A DNA stretch of 64,000 bases, taken from assembly GCA_021513695.1 (NCBI GenBank), contig CP084166.1, forward strand, positions 1,952,001-2,016,000. Direction: 5' to 3'. A model generated the notes under the pieces. It had not been told where the DNA came from. It ran no database searches and was given only the letters and a program-made list of their open reading frames with translations. Source of the DNA: Candidatus Heimdallarchaeum aukensis (GTDB taxonomy: Archaea; Asgardarchaeota; Heimdallarchaeia; Heimdallarchaeales; Heimdallarchaeaceae). The position numbers and the translations under genes are program-made. This document shows positions 60,618-64,000 of the stretch, one piece after another (position 1 is the first letter of the stretch; the number at the start of each line of letters is the position of its first letter).

Positions 60618-63392
60618 TTAAGTAATATATTGATTCTTTATTTGTAAGATATTTTCAATTTGAAGCATAATACAATACTCTAAACTTTTTGTTAGTTCTA
60701 TTTTCTTTGATTTAGATATTATATGAATTAATTTTTTTAGTTGATTAAGTTTTAATTGTATTATTTTATCTAAAGAAATTTGTGAGAGCAATAACTCGAT
60801 AATCAACTTTGCTGAGTATTCATTGATTTTACAAGCATTATTATCGTTATAATACTCACATTTTACGCAATCAATCAAATTTTCATTTTCAAAAATATCG
60901 TCATTAATTCCAGGTAAATTATTTTCTGATTTTTTGTAATTTATACTGGAAAATAATGAGCTTTTTCTCTCAACTCTCTTTTGTTTTTCGAATTCCATAA
61001 TTTCTGCTGTACCTTGTAAGTTATCACCCTTTCCTATTTCAACTCCTGTGTCATTTTCATTAGTGAAGAATATGCTTTGATTAATGATGTTTCGCATTTC
61101 AATAAAGTTTGTATATAATAGAGGATATCGAATGTTTTTATATCGTTGATTAAGAATAGATCTATATTTTACTTGGGAGACAGGTTTCAGTTCACAATCT
61201 TTTGTTTTTATTTCTCGTGCTTCTATACTATCTTTGCTTAGTATTAAACAATGTCTAGTGGGAAGAGTGTGAATTTTTTTAATAGCTGATTCTGGTAAGT
61301 TTAGTGTTGAAGCAATATATTCTGATTTTTCACTTGTTCTGAAGATTACTTTTGTTGCTGAGTTCCCATGAACAATATTGCTTACACTTTCCCAAAGTTG
61401 AGAAACAGTAATATGTCCTATTCCCAAGTTTCTTCCAAGTAAAAAATTGTTTTCTGCAGTTATTAATGATGCAGAACTGTCTGAGTTATATATTTTAGGA
61501 ATAATATTTACTGCTTCTTCTAAAACAACAACATAGCGTAAAGAATCACTTGTTCCCTTTAAAGAAGCATATTTATAGAACATTTTCAGAATAAGATTTG
61601 TAATTAAAAAAATATCAGAAGGTCTTGCTGCACGTTTTTGAAACTCGCTGAGATCTAGAATTATGCTCTTTCCTCTTTCAAAAATAGAAAAATCTATTGT
61701 CGTAGTATTTACGCCTAAAATCTCAAAATTTGTAGGGTTGAAAATATAATTTAATCTATTTAAAACTGCGTCTAATGTTTGTTGAATGTAAGAAGTGTTT
61801 ATCCTTTCTTTAATCTTTTCTGAAAGTTCAAACAATTTTTCTACAAAAGTACTAAGGTTTGGATTATTCGATTTATGTGTTAAAAAAAGGGTATTTTCAA
61901 ATAAATTTTTCATTGCAGGGCTAAATTCTTGTTTGGCTGACTCCATCATTTCTTCAATTATTAAAATTGTTGATTTCAGATCTTCTTCATCTGTATTCCT
62001 AAATAAATTAATACAGAGAGGATTAGGTTTACCTATTGTATAAATCTCTGCATTCTCATTTGTAACAAATGAAGCAGCATACTCACCTTTAATATCAAAA
62101 ATTAAACAATTAATATTTTCTTTTAACAAATGAGAAATAATATTTTTCACAAAACTTGTTTTTCCCTGTCCAACCATTCCATAGACTTCAATGTTGTACA
62201 ATATGTCTTCAATATTAATCTTACATGCCTCAAAATTGTTATTACCTTCTAAAATTGAACCAACTTCTATTACTTTGTCTGTTTTATCTTTCTTTTTGAA
62301 GTCTAGATTTTTTTCTCTAATCGCTGAAATTGATCCACTTGTAATTCCATCTGGAACATGAAAAAAAGAAATTATGTTGGCGTTATTAATTATTTTTCTA
62401 CTCTTAACTTGTTTTTTTGAAAAAATAACATTCCAAATAGAGGAAGAAAAAACAAGTCTTTTTAATTTAACATGCAAGGAATTTTCGATAATTTTTTTTT
62501 CCAAAGTTGTATCTGTAGAAATATAATAATCAAAAGAATATTTCGTTTTCTTTTTATGTTTAAACATATCAATATATAATGTGGCACTCTTTATTTCTGG
62601 ATTAATAAAAATCTGATAGAATTTATCAATTAAATTTATCTTTTGTTTTTTTAGATTTGTCTTATTTAGCCTATATCTCTTCTTCTGGTGGTTTATAAGA
62701 AAACGAAGATGTTTGATCTGTTTTTTAGATAACACTCTTGTTTCAAGATTGTAATGGAGTAATAATGAGTTTTCAACGTATAGAAGTTTGTTTTTGATAT
62801 TTTTTTCTATTTTCTTTGGATTGAACCCTTTTTCTGCAAATACAAAAGAAAATATTATGTTATTCACTTCTTTTGTCAGCAGTATATTAAACCTGAAATA
62901 GGAGCTAAAAATATCATCTACAAAATCTTGATGATGTTTTTCTCCAAAAAACTTTTTTTGAAGAAATAAAGCTGTATTTTTTTGAACCGTAGCAATAGTC
63001 GATATTCGGTAATAGGGTAGACCGAACTTTTTCTCAATAAAGAATGAGTCATTTTCTATTTCTGAAAAAGGAAGGAATTTTGTTATCATTAAAACTATAC
63101 AGAGCGCTAAAGTGGCATATACAACTCTCCAAAGAATTGTCTTTGTTTTAATGATCAAATTAGAAAAAAAGGCAATAAGATCCAAAAATCTAAAATTAAT
63201 ATCTATATCTAAAAGTGAACTGATACTCAATATTAGTTTGCTATTTACAGGAAGATCATGAAAAATATACAGAAATGAAAAAAAAGATATAACAATAATA
63301 ATAAGATATCGAAGAATTTTACGGAGAAAAAGTTTTTTCTTATGAATAATTCTTTTATTTTGAGGGTAATTAGAATATCGCTTTTTAAACAT
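60618..63392 (-). CDS. membrane-anchored HerA/VirB4-like P-loop ATPase (DUF87/AAA_10-like)
   Basis: N-terminal TM helices, Walker A GMVGQGKTS, FDIKGEY, Walker B VVVLEEA, an FtsK/HerA-like VSQLWE segment, and a C-terminal CxxC...C. Confidence 0.6.
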   Translation of the reverse strand: MFKKRYSNYPQNKRIIHKKKLFLRKILRYLIIIVISFFSFLYIFHDLPVNSKLILSISSLLDIDINFRFLDLIAFFSNLIIKTKTILWRVVYATLALCIVLMITKFLPFSEIENDSFFIEKKFGLPYYRISTIATVQKNTALFLQKKFFGEKHHQDFVDDIFSSYFRFNILLTKEVNNIIFSFVFAEKGFNPKKIEKNIKNKLLYVENSLLLHYNLETRVLSKKQIKHLRFLINHQKKRYRLNKTNLKKQKINLIDKFYQIFINPEIKSATLYIDMFKHKKKTKYSFDYYISTDTTLEKKIIENSLHVKLKRLVFSSSIWNVIFSKKQVKSRKIINNANIISFFHVPDGITSGSISAIREKNLDFKKKDKTDKVIEVGSILEGNNNFEACKINIEDILYNIEVYGMVGQGKTSFVKNIISHLLKENINCLIFDIKGEYAASFVTNENAEIYTIGKPNPLCINLFRNTDEEDLKSTILIIEEMMESAKQEFSPAMKNLFENTLFLTHKSNNPNLSTFVEKLFELSEKIKERINTSYIQQTLDAVLNRLNYIFNPTNFEILGVNTTTIDFSIFERGKSIILDLSEFQKRAARPSDIFLITNLILKMFYKYASLKGTSDSLRYVVVLEEAVNIIPKIYNSDSSASLITAENNFLLGRNLGIGHITVSQLWESVSNIVHGNSATKVIFRTSEKSEYIASTLNLPESAIKKIHTLPTRHCLILSKDSIEAREIKTKDCELKPVSQVKYRSILNQRYKNIRYPLLYTNFIEMRNIINQSIFFTNENDTGVEIGKGDNLQGTAEIMEFEKQKRVERKSSLFSSINYKKSENNLPGINDDIFENENLIDCVKCEYYNDNNACKINEYSAKLIIELLLSQISLDKIIQLKLNQLKKLIHIISKSKKIELTKSLEYCIMLQIENILQIKNQYIT

Positions 63393-63500
63393 TTAACCAC
63401 TTTTAGCGATTTAATTTGTTAACCTAAATAGCCTATAAAAACACAAAGCTTGATTAAAAAAAGAGAAAATAGAGTCTAGATTAACCTAAAAAACTCTAGC

Positions 63501-63704
63501 TCATAACATTTTCAAAATATACATTCCCACTAAAATTATTTCACATAAGAGAAGAAACAGGCTTGCAATTGTAAATCCAAGGATAAATCCAATAACTATA
63601 CTTATCCCATTCATTAAAATTCCAAATAAGATAAAGATGTCATCTATTGTTAATGAAAAGGAAAACTTTTTTCTTGTGATATCACTTTTTTCCAAATAAA
63701 TCAT
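63501..63704 (-). CDS. small two-TM membrane protein
   Basis: 67-aa hydrophobic ORF immediately upstream of the ATPase gene. Confidence 0.35.
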   Translation of the reverse strand: MIYLEKSDITRKKFSFSLTIDDIFILFGILMNGISIVIGFILGFTIASLFLLLCEIILVGMYILKML

Positions 63705-64000
63705 GTCGATTCTTTTTTGTAAAATAATAAGTTTTTTGTTTTAATAACGATTTCTTGTTCTTTTTCTAAAAAAAGAGTTTATAAAAGAAAAAATTTGTTT
63801 AACAACGTCCTATAGCCTGCAGAATACAATTTGCATCTTTTTATTTATATCTTAAAAGATTCGATTGAGCAACTCATTTTCTCGAAGTTAAAAAACTTTA
63901 AAAAGAAAATGGAAGTGGTGATATTAGGTTCTAACCGCGCTTGACCGTTGGTTATATCCCAAACGGAAGCGGTAGAGGTTGATATTATGAATGAACAACA

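Noticed and set aside
63880-64000. GC-rich stretch (GGTTCTAACCGCGCTTGACCG...GCGGTAGAGGTTG) and a terminal ATGAATGAACAACA at the window edge
   Set aside because: It could be the start of an ncRNA or a gene, but it is truncated by the window end and cannot be folded into a tRNA or assigned.

Overview
This is an AT-rich (~30% GC) archaeal chromosomal window, densely coded on both strands. It looks like core chromosome rather than a plasmid or virus.

Housekeeping genes I recognise:
- Translation and ribosome: EF-1alpha (tuf), ribosomal proteins L30e, uS10, L31e, L39e and S19e, and aIF6. The 51-aa L39e gene is missed by the ORF track. An EF-2-family GTPase paralog is also present.
- Central metabolism: PPDK, GTP-PEPCK, inorganic pyrophosphatase, NAD synthetase, SurE, cytidine deaminase and an amidohydrolase.
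- Replication and division: DNA polymerase D large subunit (DP2) carrying a large intein, Orc1/Cdc6 and FtsZ.
- RNA processing: archaeosine tRNA-guanine transglycosylase, RNase P Rpp21, YhbY and an Sm-like protein.
- Three ABC transporters.

RNA genes: a 23S rRNA on the + strand that is not linked to 16S or 5S, flanked by a long complementary processing stem and interrupted by a ~389-nt AT-rich insertion that looks like an intron. There is also a tRNA-Thr(GGU) on the - strand with a ~30-nt insertion in the T-arm.

Non-genic signals:
- A candidate replication origin next to the DP2 start: two inverted ORB-like elements (CCAGTG(G)AAA core plus a G4 run) flank a 75-bp AT-rich spacer, with TTGTGAA repeats nearby. 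It lies ~10 kb from orc1/cdc6, which has no ORBs beside it.
- A free-standing double-motif LAGLIDADG-like ORF between ppdK and nadE.

Gene neighbourhoods worth follow-up:
- A translationally coupled KaiC-like ATPase / Roadblock(LC7) / 435-aa unknown / Ras-like GTPase operon.
- A second Rab-like GTPase.
- A MoxR AAA+ / vWA / (PUA + PP-loop PAPS-reductase-like + 2x[4Fe-4S]) cluster.
- A membrane-anchored HerA/VirB4-like ATPase with a small membrane partner (Ced/T4SS-like).

The eukaryote-like small GTPases, Roadblock protein, EF-2 paralog and non-canonical introns would fit an Asgard- or DPANN-like lineage. That is inference only.

All calls come from reading motifs by eye. No database searches were run.
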